A stretch of 64,000 bases of DNA from Escherichia coli (GTDB taxonomy: Bacteria > Pseudomonadota > Gammaproteobacteria > Enterobacterales > Enterobacteriaceae), in NCBI RefSeq assembly GCF_048403405.1, contig NZ_CP183129.1. One strand, written 5' to 3'. Below, piece after piece: positions 1-13,896 of this stretch. The notes beneath the pieces were generated by a model, which did not search any database, was not told where the DNA came from, and saw only the letters and a list, made by a program, of their open reading frames with translations. The first letter of the stretch is position 1; the number at the start of each line of letters is the position of its first letter. The translations under genes were made by a program, and so were the position numbers.

Positions 1-1
1 A

Positions 2-448
2 GCGGTGGGCTACGGTCATGACCTTGCCGCGCGCGAGAGCATGTTGCTGGCTTCATGCATGGCGGGAATGGCGTTTTCCAGTGCGGGGCTTGGGTTATGC
101 CACGCGATGGCGCATCAGCCGGGGGCGGCGCTGCATATTCCGCACGGTCTGGCGAACGCCATGTTGTTGCCAACGGTGATGGAATTTAACCGGATGGTTT
201 GTCGTGAACGCTTTAGTCAGATTGGTCGGGCGCTGCGAACTAAAAAATCCGACGATCGTGACGCTATTAACGCGGTAAGTGAGCTGATTGCGGAAGTCGG
301 GATTGGTAAACGACTGGGCGATATTGGTGCGACATCTGCGCATTACGGCGCATGGGCGCAGGCCGCGCTGGAAGATATTTGTCTGCGCAGCAACCCGCGT
401 ACCGCCAGCCTGGAGCAGATTGTCGGCCTGTACGCAGCGGCGCAATAA
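2..448 (+). CDS. eutG: EutG, iron-containing alcohol dehydrogenase (C-terminal part; 5' end outside window)
   Basis: ORF 5..448 translation matches Fe-ADH C-terminus; frame is open to the window start; followed by eutH. Confidence 0.85.
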   Translation, partial: AVGYGHDLAARESMLLASCMAGMAFSSAGLGLCHAMAHQPGAALHIPHGLANAMLLPTVMEFNRMVCRERFSQIGRALRTKKSDDRDAINAVSELIAEVGIGKRLGDIGATSAHYGAWAQAALEDICLRSNPRTASLEQIVGLYAAAQ

Positions 449-461
449 AAGTGTACGGACA

Positions 462-560
462 GTCCCCTCGCCCCTTTGGGGAGAGGGTTAGGGTGAGGGG
501 AACAGAGTCGCGCCGGTGCAAACAATTACCCTCACCCCGGCCCCTCGGCTTCCAGAGTGA
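462..560. repeat. GC-rich imperfect palindromic intergenic repeat (cccctcgcccc/ggggagaggg; gggtgaggg/ccctcaccc)
   Basis: Inverted repeats read directly in the eutG-eutH spacer; family assignment not possible without a search. Confidence 0.3.
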
Positions 561-617
561 GGGAAAAACCCACTTTCAGCATTGGCAATAAATAACAACT
601 AACAGGGAGTAAAGGCG

Positions 618-1844
618 ATGGGAATTAACGAAATCATCATGTACATCATGATGTTCTTTATGCTGATAGCTGCCGTAGACAGGATCCTGTCGCAGTTCGG
701 TGGTTCTGCTCGTTTCCTCGGTAAGTTCGGTAAAAGTATCGAAGGATCAGGCGGTCAGTTCGAAGAAGGCTTTATGGCAATGGGCGCTCTGGGCCTGGCG
801 ATGGTCGGTATGACCGCGCTGGCACCGGTACTGGCTCACGTACTCGGGCCGGTGATTATCCCGGTTTACGAAATGCTCGGCGCAAACCCGTCAATGTTCG
901 CCGGAACACTGCTGGCGTGCGATATGGGCGGGTTCTTCCTCGCCAAAGAGCTGGCGGGCGGCGACGTAGCAGCGTGGCTATACTCTGGGTTAATTCTCGG
1001 GTCGATGATGGGGCCAACGATTGTGTTTTCCATTCCGGTGGCGCTCGGCATTATCGAACCTTCTGACCGTCGTTATCTGGCGCTCGGCGTGCTGGCGGGC
1101 ATTGTGACCATTCCGATTGGCTGTATTGCTGGTGGTCTGGTTGCTATGTACTCCGGTGTGCAGATCAACGGTCAGCCGGTGGAATTCACCTTTGCGCTGA
1201 TCCTGATGAACATGATCCCGGTACTTATCGTTGCGGTGCTGGTGGCGCTGGGGCTGAAATTCATCCCGGAAAAAATGATCAACGGCTTCCAGATCTTCGC
1301 CAAATTCCTCGTTGCATTGATCACCCTCGGTCTTGCTGCCGCGGTAGTGAAATTCCTCCTTGGCTGGGAACTGATCCCCGGTCTGGATCCTATCTTTATG
1401 GCCCCTGGCGACAAACCCGGTGAAGTGATGCGCGCCATTGAAGTTATCGGTTCTATCTCCTGCGTTCTGTTAGGGGCGTACCCGATGGTGCTGCTGCTGA
1501 CCCGCTGGTTTGAAAAACCGCTGATGAGCGTCGGTAAAGTGCTGAATATGAACAACATCGCGGCAGCTGGCATGGTGGCAACGCTTGCTAACAACATCCC
1601 GATGTTCGGCATGATGAAGCAGATGGATACCCGCGGCAAAGTCATCAACTGCGCCTTCGCCGTTTCCGCTGCTTTCGCCCTGGGTGACCACTTAGGCTTC
1701 GCCGCTGCCAACATGAACGCCATGATTTTCCCGATGATTGTCGGCAAGTTGATCGGCGGCGTAACGGCGATTGGCGTGGCGATGATGCTGGTGCCAAAAG
1801 AAGACGCGACCGCGGCCAAAACCGAAGCGGAGGCACAATCGTGA
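618..1844 (+). CDS. eutH: EutH, ethanolamine permease
   Basis: 408-aa polytopic membrane ORF in conserved eut context. Confidence 0.9.
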   Translation: MGINEIIMYIMMFFMLIAAVDRILSQFGGSARFLGKFGKSIEGSGGQFEEGFMAMGALGLAMVGMTALAPVLAHVLGPVIIPVYEMLGANPSMFAGTLLACDMGGFFLAKELAGGDVAAWLYSGLILGSMMGPTIVFSIPVALGIIEPSDRRYLALGVLAGIVTIPIGCIAGGLVAMYSGVQINGQPVEFTFALILMNMIPVLIVAVLVALGLKFIPEKMINGFQIFAKFLVALITLGLAAAVVKFLLGWELIPGLDPIFMAPGDKPGEVMRAIEVIGSISCVLLGAYPMVLLLTRWFEKPLMSVGKVLNMNNIAAAGMVATLANNIPMFGMMKQMDTRGKVINCAFAVSAAFALGDHLGFAAANMNAMIFPMIVGKLIGGVTAIGVAMMLVPKEDATAAKTEAEAQS

Positions 1845-3244
1845 ACACTCGCCAGCTACTGAGCGTCGGTATCGATATCGGCACCACCACCACCCAGGTG
1901 ATTTTCTCCCACCTGGAGCTGGTTAACCGTGCGGCGGTGTCGCAGGTGCCGCGCTACGAATTCATCAAACGCGAAATTAGCTGGCAAAGCCCGGTGTTCT
2001 TTACCCCTGTCGATAAACAGGGTGGTTTAAAAGAAGCGGAACTGAAAACCTTAATCCTGGAGCAATATCAGGCTGCGGGCATTGCGCCGGAAAGTGTTGA
2101 TTCTGGTGCCATCATCATCACCGGTGAAAGCGCGAAAACCCGCAACGCTCGCCCGGCGGTGATGACGCTCTCCCAGTCTCTGGGCGATTTTGTCGTCGCC
2201 AGCGCCGGGCCGCATCTCGAATCCGTGATCGCCGGTCACGGTGCCGGGGCGCAAACCCTTTCTGAACAACGGCTGTGTCGGGTACTGAATATCGATATCG
2301 GCGGTGGCACTGCGAACTACGCCCTGTTCGATGCCGGAAAAATCAGCGGCACCGCCTGCCTCAACGTCGGCGGTCGCCTGCTGGAAACCGACAGCCAGGG
2401 GCGCGTGGTTTACGCTCATAAACCGGGGCAGATGATTGTGGATGAGTGCTTCGGCGCAGGCACCGACGCCCGTTCGCTGACCGGCGCGCAGCTGGTGCAG
2501 GTTACCCGGCGGATGGCAGAGCTGATTGTCGAAGTGATTGACGGAACGCTTTCGCCGCTCGCGCAGGCATTAATGCAAACCGGTTTGCTGCCCGCAGGTG
2601 TTACGCCCGAAATCATTACGCTTTCTGGCGGCGTGGGCGAATGTTATCGCCACCAGCCCGCCGACCCGTTCTGTTTTGCCGATATCGGCCCGCTTCTGGC
2701 AACGGCGCTGCATGACCATCCGCGCCTGCGTGAGATGAACGTGCAGTTTCCGGCGCAAACCGTACGCGCCACGGTGATTGGCGCGGGTGCACATACCCTT
2801 TCGCTCTCTGGCAGCACAATCTGGCTGGAGGGCGTACAACTGCCGCTGCGCAATTTGCCGGTGGCGATCCCAATTGATGAAACGGATCTGGTGAGTGCCT
2901 GGCAACAGGCGCTGATTCAGCTGGATCTTGATCCCAATTCTGACGCGTACGTGCTGGCGCTTCCCGCCTCGCTGCCTGTGCGTTACGCCGCGGTACTGAC
3001 GGTCATCAACGCGCTGGTCGATTTCGTCGCGCGTTTTCCGAATCCGCATCCCCTGCTGGTGGTGGCCGGGCAGGACTTTGGTAAAGCTCTGGGCATGTTG
3101 TTGCGCCCACAGCTACAACAACTCCCGTTGGCAGTCATTGACGAAGTGATTGTCCGCGCGGGGGACTATATCGACATTGGTACGCCTCTTTTTGGCGGAT
3201 CGGTTGTGCCGGTGACGGTGAAATCACTCGCATTTCCTTCCTGA
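1841..3244 (+). CDS. eutA: EutA, ethanolamine ammonia-lyase reactivase
   Basis: 467-aa ORF overlapping the eutH stop by 4 bp. Confidence 0.9.
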   Translation: MNTRQLLSVGIDIGTTTTQVIFSHLELVNRAAVSQVPRYEFIKREISWQSPVFFTPVDKQGGLKEAELKTLILEQYQAAGIAPESVDSGAIIITGESAKTRNARPAVMTLSQSLGDFVVASAGPHLESVIAGHGAGAQTLSEQRLCRVLNIDIGGGTANYALFDAGKISGTACLNVGGRLLETDSQGRVVYAHKPGQMIVDECFGAGTDARSLTGAQLVQVTRRMAELIVEVIDGTLSPLAQALMQTGLLPAGVTPEIITLSGGVGECYRHQPADPFCFADIGPLLATALHDHPRLREMNVQFPAQTVRATVIGAGAHTLSLSGSTIWLEGVQLPLRNLPVAIPIDETDLVSAWQQALIQLDLDPNSDAYVLALPASLPVRYAAVLTVINALVDFVARFPNPHPLLVVAGQDFGKALGMLLRPQLQQLPLAVIDEVIVRAGDYIDIGTPLFGGSVVPVTVKSLAFPS

Positions 3245-3255
3245 GGGAACGACTT

Positions 3256-4617
3256 ATGAAACTAAAGACCACATTGTTCGGCAATGTATATCAGTTTAAG
3301 GATGTAAAAGAGGTGCTGGCTAAAGCCAACGAACTGCGTTCGGGGGATGTGCTGGCGGGCGTTGCAGCGGCAAGCTCACAAGAGCGCGTGGCGGCAAAGC
3401 AGGTGTTGTCGGAAATGACCGTAGCGGACATCCGCAATAATCCGGTGATTGCCTATGAAGATGACTGCGTGACGCGGCTGATTCAGGACGACGTTAACGA
3501 AACGGCCTACAACCAGATTAAAAACTGGAGCATCAGCGAACTGCGTGAGTATGTCCTGAGCGATGAAACCAGCGTGGACGACATTGCCTTTACCCGCAAA
3601 GGGCTGACCTCGGAAGTGGTTGCGGCGGTAGCGAAGATTTGCTCCAACGCGGACCTGATCTACGGCGCGAAGAAAATGCCGGTAATCAAAAAGGCCAATA
3701 CCACCATCGGTATTCCGGGCACCTTCAGCGCCCGTTTGCAGCCAAATGACACCCGTGACGACGTGCAAAGTATCGCTGCGCAAATCTACGAAGGGCTTTC
3801 CTTCGGGGTGGGCGATGCGGTGATCGGCGTCAACCCGGTGACGGACGACGTGGAAAACTTAAGCCGCGTGCTGGACACCATCTACGGCGTGATCGACAAA
3901 TTCAACATTCCGACCCAGGGCTGCGTGCTGGCGCACGTCACCACCCAGATTGAAGCGATCCGTCGTGGCGCACCGGGCGGGCTGATTTTCCAGAGTATCT
4001 GCGGCAGCGAAAAAGGGCTGAAAGAGTTTGGCGTGGAGCTGGCGATGCTCGATGAAGCACGCGCAGTGGGCGCGGAGTTCAACCGTATCGCCGGGGAAAA
4101 CTGCCTCTACTTCGAAACCGGACAAGGTTCGGCGCTGTCCGCTGGCGCTAACTTCGGCGCTGACCAGGTGACGATGGAAGCGCGTAACTATGGGCTGGCG
4201 CGTCATTACGATCCGTTTATCGTCAACACCGTGGTCGGTTTTATTGGGCCGGAGTATCTCTACAACGACCGCCAGATTATCCGCGCGGGCTTAGAAGATC
4301 ACTTTATGGGCAAGCTGAGCGGCATCTCTATGGGCTGTGACTGCTGCTACACCAACCACGCTGACGCTGACCAGAACCTCAACGAAAACCTGATGATCCT
4401 GCTCGCCACCGCAGGCTGTAACTACATCATGGGGATGCCGCTGGGTGATGACATCATGCTCAACTACCAGACTACGGCCTTCCACGACACCGCCACTGTG
4501 CGTCAGTTACTCAACCTGCGCCCGTCACCGGAGTTTGAACGCTGGCTGGAAAGCATGGGCATTATGGCAAACGGTCGCCTGACCAAACGGGCGGGCGATC
4601 CGTCACTGTTCTTCTGA
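3256..4617 (+). CDS. eutB: EutB, ethanolamine ammonia-lyase large subunit
   Basis: 453-aa ORF starting 11 bp after the eutA stop. Confidence 0.92.
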   Translation: MKLKTTLFGNVYQFKDVKEVLAKANELRSGDVLAGVAAASSQERVAAKQVLSEMTVADIRNNPVIAYEDDCVTRLIQDDVNETAYNQIKNWSISELREYVLSDETSVDDIAFTRKGLTSEVVAAVAKICSNADLIYGAKKMPVIKKANTTIGIPGTFSARLQPNDTRDDVQSIAAQIYEGLSFGVGDAVIGVNPVTDDVENLSRVLDTIYGVIDKFNIPTQGCVLAHVTTQIEAIRRGAPGGLIFQSICGSEKGLKEFGVELAMLDEARAVGAEFNRIAGENCLYFETGQGSALSAGANFGADQVTMEARNYGLARHYDPFIVNTVVGFIGPEYLYNDRQIIRAGLEDHFMGKLSGISMGCDCCYTNHADADQNLNENLMILLATAGCNYIMGMPLGDDIMLNYQTTAFHDTATVRQLLNLRPSPEFERWLESMGIMANGRLTKRAGDPSLFF

Positions 4618-4637
4618 TGACGCGGAGATAACACATC

Positions 4638-5525
4638 ATGGATCAAAAACAGATTGAAGAAATTGTACGCAGCGTGATGGCGTCAATGGGACAAGCGGCC
4701 CCCGCGCCGTCAGAAGCAAAGTGCGCCACCACCACCTGTGCGGCACCGGTGACCTCGGAAAGCTGCGCGCTGGATTTAGGCTCTGCGGAAGCAAAAGCGT
4801 GGATTGGCGTTGAAAACCCGCATCGCGCAGACGTATTAACAGAACTGCGTCGCAGCACCGTGGCCCGCGTTTGTACCGGTCGTGCCGGTCCGCGTCCGCG
4901 TACCCAGGCGTTGCTGCGTTTCCTGGCCGATCACTCTCGTTCGAAAGATACCGTACTGAAAGAAGTGCCGGAAGAGTGGGTGAAAGCGCAGGGCTTGCTG
5001 GAAGTCCGCTCTGAAATTAGCGACAAAAATCTCTACCTGACTCGTCCGGATATGGGCCGCCGCCTGTGTGCAGAAGCTGTTGAAGCGCTGAAAGCGCAGT
5101 GTGTTGCCAATCCGGACGTGCAGGTCGTTATTTCTGATGGCCTGTCAACTGATGCGATCACCGTGAACTACGAAGAGATCCTGCCACCGCTGATGGCGGG
5201 CCTGAAACAGGCCGGGCTGAAAGTCGGTACGCCATTCTTTGTTCGTTATGGTCGCGTGAAGATTGAAGATCAGATCGGTGAGATCCTCGGCGCGAAAGTA
5301 GTGATCCTACTGGTGGGGGAACGCCCGGGATTAGGGCAGTCAGAAAGCCTCTCCTGCTACGCCGTTTACTCGCCGCGTATGGCGACCACCGTTGAGGCCG
5401 ATCGCACCTGCATCTCTAACATTCACCAGGGCGGCACGCCGCCGGTTGAAGCCGCAGCCGTCATTGTGGATTTGGCGAAACGTATGCTGGAGCAGAAAGC
5501 ATCCGGCATCAACATGACCCGATAA
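4638..5525 (+). CDS. eutC: EutC, ethanolamine ammonia-lyase small subunit
   Basis: 295-aa ORF in operon context. Confidence 0.92.
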   Translation: MDQKQIEEIVRSVMASMGQAAPAPSEAKCATTTCAAPVTSESCALDLGSAEAKAWIGVENPHRADVLTELRRSTVARVCTGRAGPRPRTQALLRFLADHSRSKDTVLKEVPEEWVKAQGLLEVRSEISDKNLYLTRPDMGRRLCAEAVEALKAQCVANPDVQVVISDGLSTDAITVNYEEILPPLMAGLKQAGLKVGTPFFVRYGRVKIEDQIGEILGAKVVILLVGERPGLGQSESLSCYAVYSPRMATTVEADRTCISNIHQGGTPPVEAAAVIVDLAKRMLEQKASGINMTR

Positions 5526-5534
5526 GGAGGCATC

Positions 5535-6194
5535 ATGCCAGCTTTAGATTTGATTCGACCGTCGGTCACCGCCATGCGGGTGATTGCCTCTGTTAACGCC
5601 GAATTTGCGCGTGAACTGAAATTGCCGCCGCATATTCGTAGCCTCGGGCTGATTTCTGCTGATTCCGATGACGTCACCTACATTGCGGCTGACGAAGCGA
5701 CCAAGCAGGCGATGGTCGAAGTGGTGTATGGCCGCTCGCTGTATGCGGGAGCTGCACACGGACCGTCACCGACTGCCGGTGAAGTGCTGATTATGCTCGG
5801 TGGGCCAAACCCGGCGGAAGTGCGTGCTGGTCTGGATGCGATGGTTGCGCATATTGAAAATGGCGCGGCTTTCCAGTGGGCTAATGATGCGCAAGATACG
5901 GCATTCCTGGCACATGTAGTTTCGCGTACCGGTTCTTATCTCTCATCAACCGCCGGGATCACGCTTGGCGATCCGATGGCGTATCTGGTGGCACCGCCGC
6001 TGGAAGCGACCTATGGCATTGATGCAGCCCTGAAATCTGCCGACGTACAGCTGGTGACCTATGTCCCGCCACCGTCTGAAACCAACTACTCGGCAGCATT
6101 TTTAACCGGTAGCCAGGCAGCGTGTAAAGCAGCCTGTAACGCCTTTACCGATGCAGTGCTGGAAATCGCGCGTAATCCAATCCAGCGTGCGTAA
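5535..6194 (+). CDS. eutL: EutL, microcompartment shell protein
   Basis: 219-aa ORF in operon context. Confidence 0.9.
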   Translation: MPALDLIRPSVTAMRVIASVNAEFARELKLPPHIRSLGLISADSDDVTYIAADEATKQAMVEVVYGRSLYAGAAHGPSPTAGEVLIMLGGPNPAEVRAGLDAMVAHIENGAAFQWANDAQDTAFLAHVVSRTGSYLSSTAGITLGDPMAYLVAPPLEATYGIDAALKSADVQLVTYVPPPSETNYSAAFLTGSQAACKAACNAFTDAVLEIARNPIQRA

Positions 6195-6200
6195 CGGAGG

Positions 6201-6707
6201 TTGCCGATGATCAATGCACTGGGATTGCTGGAAGTGGACGGCATGGTCGCCGCGCTAGATGCTGCGGATGCCATGCTCAAAGCAGCTAACGTTCGTCTGC
6301 TCAGTCACGAAGTGCTTGACCCTGGTCGCCTAACGCTGGTGGTGGAAGGCGATCTGGCGGCGTGTCGTGCGGCGCTGGACGCAGGTTGTGCTGCCGCGAT
6401 GCGTACCGGGCGTGTCATCAGCCGCAAGGAGATCGGTCGGCCAGACGATGACACCCAGTGGCTGGTTACTGGCTTTAACCGCCAGCCTAAGCAACCCGTA
6501 AAGGAACCCGACGCGCCAGTTATCGTCGCGGAATCTGCTGACGAGTTGTTGGCGCTGTTAACATCAGTACGTCAGGGAATGACGGCAGGAGAAGTGGCTG
6601 CCCACTTTGGCTGGCCGCTGGAAAAAGCCAGAAATGCGCTCGAACAGCTCTTTTCTGCCGGGACGTTACGTAAACGCAGTAGTCGTTATCGTCTCAAGCC
6701 CCATTAA
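6201..6707 (+). CDS. eutK: EutK, microcompartment shell protein with C-terminal extension
   Basis: 168-aa ORF, N-terminal BMC-like sequence MINALGLLEVDGMVAALDAADAMLKAANV. Confidence 0.88.
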   Translation: MPMINALGLLEVDGMVAALDAADAMLKAANVRLLSHEVLDPGRLTLVVEGDLAACRAALDAGCAAAMRTGRVISRKEIGRPDDDTQWLVTGFNRQPKQPVKEPDAPVIVAESADELLALLTSVRQGMTAGEVAAHFGWPLEKARNALEQLFSAGTLRKRSSRYRLKPH

Positions 6708-6752
6708 CCTGTCGGAGGTGCCGGGTGTCCTACAACACCCGGCATTAACATC

Positions 6753-7805
6753 ATGAAAAAGACCCGTACAGCCAATTTGCACCATCTTTATCATGAACCC
6801 TTACCCGAAAACCTGAAGCTCACGCCGAAGGTCGAAGTGGATAATGTTCATCAACGACAGACAACGGATGTCTATGAACATGCTTTGACAATTACCGCCT
6901 GGCAGCAGATTTACGATCAGCTGCATCCGGGCAAGTTTCATGGTGAATTTACGGAAATTCTACTCGATGATATTCAGGTTTTTCGTGAATACACCGGTCT
7001 GGCGCTGCGTCAGTCGTGCCTGGTCTGGCCGAATTCGTTCTGGTTTGGCATTCCGGCGACGCGCGGTGAGCAGGGATTTATCGGTTCGCAATGTCTGGGA
7101 AGCGCAGAAATAGCGACGCGCCCTGGTGGAACCGAGTTTGAATTAAGTACGCCGGATGATTACACGATCCTTGGCGTAGTGCTTTCTGAAGATGTCATCA
7201 CCCGTCAGGCTAACTTTTTGCATAATCCGGATCGGGTATTACATATGCTGCGTAGCCAGTCGGCGCTGGAAGTGAAAGAGCAGCATAAAGCCGCGCTGTG
7301 GGGCTTTGTCCAACAGGCGCTGGCGACATTTTGCGAGAACCCGGAAAATCTTCATCAGCCTGCTGTGCGTAAAGTGCTGGGGGATAATTTGCTAATGGCG
7401 ATGGGGGCGATGCTGGAAGAAGCGCAGCCAATGGTGACGGCGGAAAGCATCAGTCATCAGAGTTACCGTCGGTTGCTTTCCCGCGCCCGTGAATATGTGC
7501 TGGAAAACATGTCTGAGCCGGTGACTGTGCTGGACTTGTGTAATCAACTGCATGTCAGCCGCCGCACGCTACAAAACGCGTTTCACGCTATTTTAGGCAT
7601 TGGCCCAAATGCGTGGCTGAAACGCATTCGCCTGAACGCCGTACGCCGCGAACTGATAAGCCCTTGGTCGCAAAGCACAACGGTAAAAGACGCCGCCATG
7701 CAGTGGGGATTCTGGCATCTGGGGCAATTTGCCACGGATTACCAGCAGCTGTTTGCCGAGAAGCCGTCGTTGACGCTGCATCAGCGGATGCGGGAATGGG
7801 GGTGA
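6753..7805 (+). CDS. eutR: EutR, AraC-family activator of the eut operon
   Basis: 350-aa ORF with C-terminal AraC-type HTH. Confidence 0.9.
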   Translation: MKKTRTANLHHLYHEPLPENLKLTPKVEVDNVHQRQTTDVYEHALTITAWQQIYDQLHPGKFHGEFTEILLDDIQVFREYTGLALRQSCLVWPNSFWFGIPATRGEQGFIGSQCLGSAEIATRPGGTEFELSTPDDYTILGVVLSEDVITRQANFLHNPDRVLHMLRSQSALEVKEQHKAALWGFVQQALATFCENPENLHQPAVRKVLGDNLLMAMGAMLEEAQPMVTAESISHQSYRRLLSRAREYVLENMSEPVTVLDLCNQLHVSRRTLQNAFHAILGIGPNAWLKRIRLNAVRRELISPWSQSTTVKDAAMQWGFWHLGQFATDYQQLFAEKPSLTLHQRMREWG

Positions 7806-7810
7806 GGGAG

Positions 7811-8713
<903 letters not shown>

Positions 8714-9583
8714 TTACCGCTTTCTCGAGTGTGCTTTCTGGTTGTCAAACCAGTGAAAATAACTGATCACGCCTTCGGCAATCGCTGTGGCGATTTTCTG
8801 GCGAAATGCCGCCGTGCCTAACAGCCGCTCTTCTTCCGGATTGGTGATAAACGAGGTTTCCACCAGCACCGAAGGAACCGACGGCGATTTCAACACCACA
8901 AACGCGGCTTGTTCGGTGTTGCGGCTGTGCAGTTTATGCACCGGCTTAATCTTCTTCAGAATATGCGAGCCGAGCGTCAGGCTGTTTTTAATAGTATCGG
9001 TTTGCACCAGATCAAACAGCACTTGCTGCAATAGGTGATCCTTGTCAGTCGCCTTTTTACCGGCAACTTCATCGGCGCGGTTTTCGCGTTCAGACAGGTA
9101 TTTCGCCATTGCGCTACTTGCACCGCGGTTAGAGAGGGCAAATACCGAAGCACCGGCAGCTTTCGGGTTGGTAAAGCCGTCGGCATGAATTGACATAAAC
9201 AGATCTGCGCCATGTTTATGGGCGATTTCAACGCGATCGTACAGTGGGATAAACGTATCGCCAGAACGCGTTAAACGCGCATCAATGCCATGATTACGCA
9301 AAATGGAACGGACGTTTTTAGCAATCGCCAGCACCACATGTTTTTCTTTCGAACCGTTGCGCCCGATCGCTCCGGTATCAATCCCGCCGTGGCCTGGATC
9401 GAGAACAACGACACGTTTGCCGCCAGATTTTTTGGCTTTCGGCTTGCTGTGTCCGTTGCTGGTTTTTAAAGGTTCGTCTTTGGCGATGGCTTGCGACATT
9501 CCTGACAACGTCAGCGCTGCAAGTCCGGCTTTCAGCACCTGGCGGCGCGAAGTGAGTGTTTTTAGTGGTTTAAAAGTGCTCAT
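8714..9583 (-). CDS. amiA: AmiA, N-acetylmuramoyl-L-alanine amidase
   Basis: 289-aa ORF with signal peptide and amidase_3 core. Confidence 0.9.
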   Translation of the reverse strand: MSTFKPLKTLTSRRQVLKAGLAALTLSGMSQAIAKDEPLKTSNGHSKPKAKKSGGKRVVVLDPGHGGIDTGAIGRNGSKEKHVVLAIAKNVRSILRNHGIDARLTRSGDTFIPLYDRVEIAHKHGADLFMSIHADGFTNPKAAGASVFALSNRGASSAMAKYLSERENRADEVAGKKATDKDHLLQQVLFDLVQTDTIKNSLTLGSHILKKIKPVHKLHSRNTEQAAFVVLKSPSVPSVLVETSFITNPEEERLLGTAAFRQKIATAIAEGVISYFHWFDNQKAHSRKR

Positions 9584-9796
9584 ACGGCCTGAGTTGTAAT
9601 AATAAAGTTCCAGATGTTATATCGTATCGCGTAATCCGTTACGACCGTTTGCTGTTGAGAATTGTTTTACTTTTCATTTCAATAGTTGACAACTCCCCAT
9701 TATGCCACTTTTTCAACCGATTTTCGTCAGATATTGGCTAATTCGACCGTTCACGCCATAATCAGCCTTTTAACCCGCAAAAAGGTAACGAATACC

Positions 9797-10222
9797 ATGG
9801 AGATACGCGTATTTCGCCAGGAAGATTTCGAAGAGGTCATCACCCTTTGGGAGCGTTGCGACTTGCTGCGTCCGTGGAACGATCCGGAAATGGACATCGA
9901 GCGTAAGATGAACCATGACGTCAGTTTGTTTCTGGTCGCTGAGGTGAACGGTGAAGTGGTCGGAACGGTGATGGGCGGTTATGACGGGCATCGCGGGTCT
10001 GCTTATTATCTTGGCGTGCATCCAGAGTTTCGTGGGCGTGGGATTGCTAATGCGTTGCTTAATCGGTTGGAGAAAAAGCTGATTGCTCGCGGCTGCCCGA
10101 AAATTCAGATCAACGTGCCGGAAGATAACGACATGGTGCTCGGAATGTATGAACGCCTGGGATATGAACACGCCGACGTGCTGAGTCTGGGTAAGCGTTT
10201 GATTGAAGATGAAGAGTACTGA
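9797..10222 (+). CDS. ypeA: YpeA, GNAT-family acetyltransferase
   Basis: ORF 9686..10222; start placed at internal Met ([14 protein letters not shown]) giving 141 aa. Confidence 0.85.
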
Positions 10223-10658
10223 GTTTCATCCTGTCCATTATGATGCACACGGTCGCCTGCGTTTACCCTTGCTCTTCTGGTTTGTGCTATTGCTTCAGGC
10301 GCGAACCTGGGTGCTGTTTGTCATTGCCGGTGCGTCGCGCGAGCAGGGTACTGCGCTGCTAAATCTGTTTTATCCCGATCACGATAATTTCTGGCTGGGG
10401 TTGATTCCCGGCATTCCGGCGGTGCTGGCGTTTTTGCTGAGTGGTCGGCGGGCTTCATTTCCCCGTATCTGGCATGTGCTCTATTTTCTGTTGCTGTTGG
10501 CGCAGGTGGTTTTACTTTGCTGGCAACCGTGGCTGTGGCTGAACGGTGAATCCGTTAGCGGTATCGGGCTGGCGCTGGTAGTGGCGGATATTGTGGCGTT
10601 AATCTGGCTGCTGACCAATCGACGTTTACGCGCTTGTTTTAATGAAGAAAAAGAATAA
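10209..10658 (+). CDS. yfeZ: YfeZ, inner membrane protein
   Basis: Hydrophobic ORF 10203..10658; start uncertain by 2 codons. Confidence 0.8.
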
Positions 10659-10718
10659 CGGCACTTTTTGGTGAATTTGCACTCCAAGCAACGTTATTGA
10701 ATAACCAAAGGAAGTGAC

Positions 10719-11294
10719 ATGAAATCGCTGCGTTTAATGTTATGCGCTATGCCGTTGATGCTGACCGGCTGTTCCACGATGTCGTCAGTTAACTGGTCTG
10801 CCGCTAACCCGTGGAACTGGTTTGGGTCGTCCACCAAAGTGAGCGAGCAGGGCGTTGGTGAATTAACGGCGTCCACACCACTGCAAGAACAAGCCATTGC
10901 CGATGCGCTTGATGGCGATTATCGCCTGCGCAGCGGAATGAAAACCGCGAACGGCAACGTGGTGCGCTTTTTTGAAGTGATGAAAGGCGACAACGTGGCG
11001 ATGGTGATTAACGGCGATCAGGGTACGATCAGCCGCATTGATGTGCTGGATAGCGATATTCCTGCTGACACCGGTGTTAAAATCGGTACACCGTTTAGCG
11101 ACCTTTACAGCAAAGCATTTGGCAATTGCCAAAAAGCTGATGGTGATGATAATCGTGCCGTCGAATGTAAAGCCGAAGGCAGTCAACATATTAGCTACCA
11201 GTTCAGCGGGGAATGGAGTGGTCCTGAAGGGTTAATGCCTTCAGACGATACCCTGAAAAACTGGAAAGTCAGTAAAATTATCTGGCGGCGTTAA
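10719..11294 (+). CDS. yfeY: YfeY, lipoprotein
   Basis: 191-aa ORF with lipobox LTGC. Confidence 0.85.
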   Translation: MKSLRLMLCAMPLMLTGCSTMSSVNWSAANPWNWFGSSTKVSEQGVGELTASTPLQEQAIADALDGDYRLRSGMKTANGNVVRFFEVMKGDNVAMVINGDQGTISRIDVLDSDIPADTGVKIGTPFSDLYSKAFGNCQKADGDDNRAVECKAEGSQHISYQFSGEWSGPEGLMPSDDTLKNWKVSKIIWRR

Positions 11295-11305
11295 TTTGCG
11301 TCTGA

Positions 11306-12289
<984 letters not shown>

Positions 12290-12310
12290 GCGTTTCTGAT
12301 TCATTGATTA

Positions 12311-12346
12311 AAGGCCAGCCAGTAACACAACTGACTGGCCTTTTTA
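12311..12346 (+). terminator. Rho-independent terminator after yfeX
   Basis: Hairpin aaaggccagccagt / actgactggccttt followed by a T-run. Confidence 0.6.
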
Positions 12347-12374
12347 TTACTGCTTTAACGCCGCATACACTTGA

Positions 12375-12464
12375 TCAACTACTTTCTGTCAGAACAGGGT
12401 ATTTTGCGGCGCTGACGCTACAGCTGACAGCCAGCAGAGAAAGATAGAGCATTGTCCGTTTCAT
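12375..12464 (-). pseudogene. yfeW: yfeW (PBP4B) 5' stub: 29 codons encoding a signal peptide (MKRTMLYLSLLAVSCSVSAAKYPVLTESS) then stop
   Basis: Short ORF starting 5 bp after the murP stop, in the position K-12 yfeW occupies; no room for a ~434-aa gene before yfeX. Confidence 0.45.
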
Positions 12465-12468
12465 GATA

Positions 12469-13893
<1,425 letters not shown>

Positions 13894-13896
13894 GGG

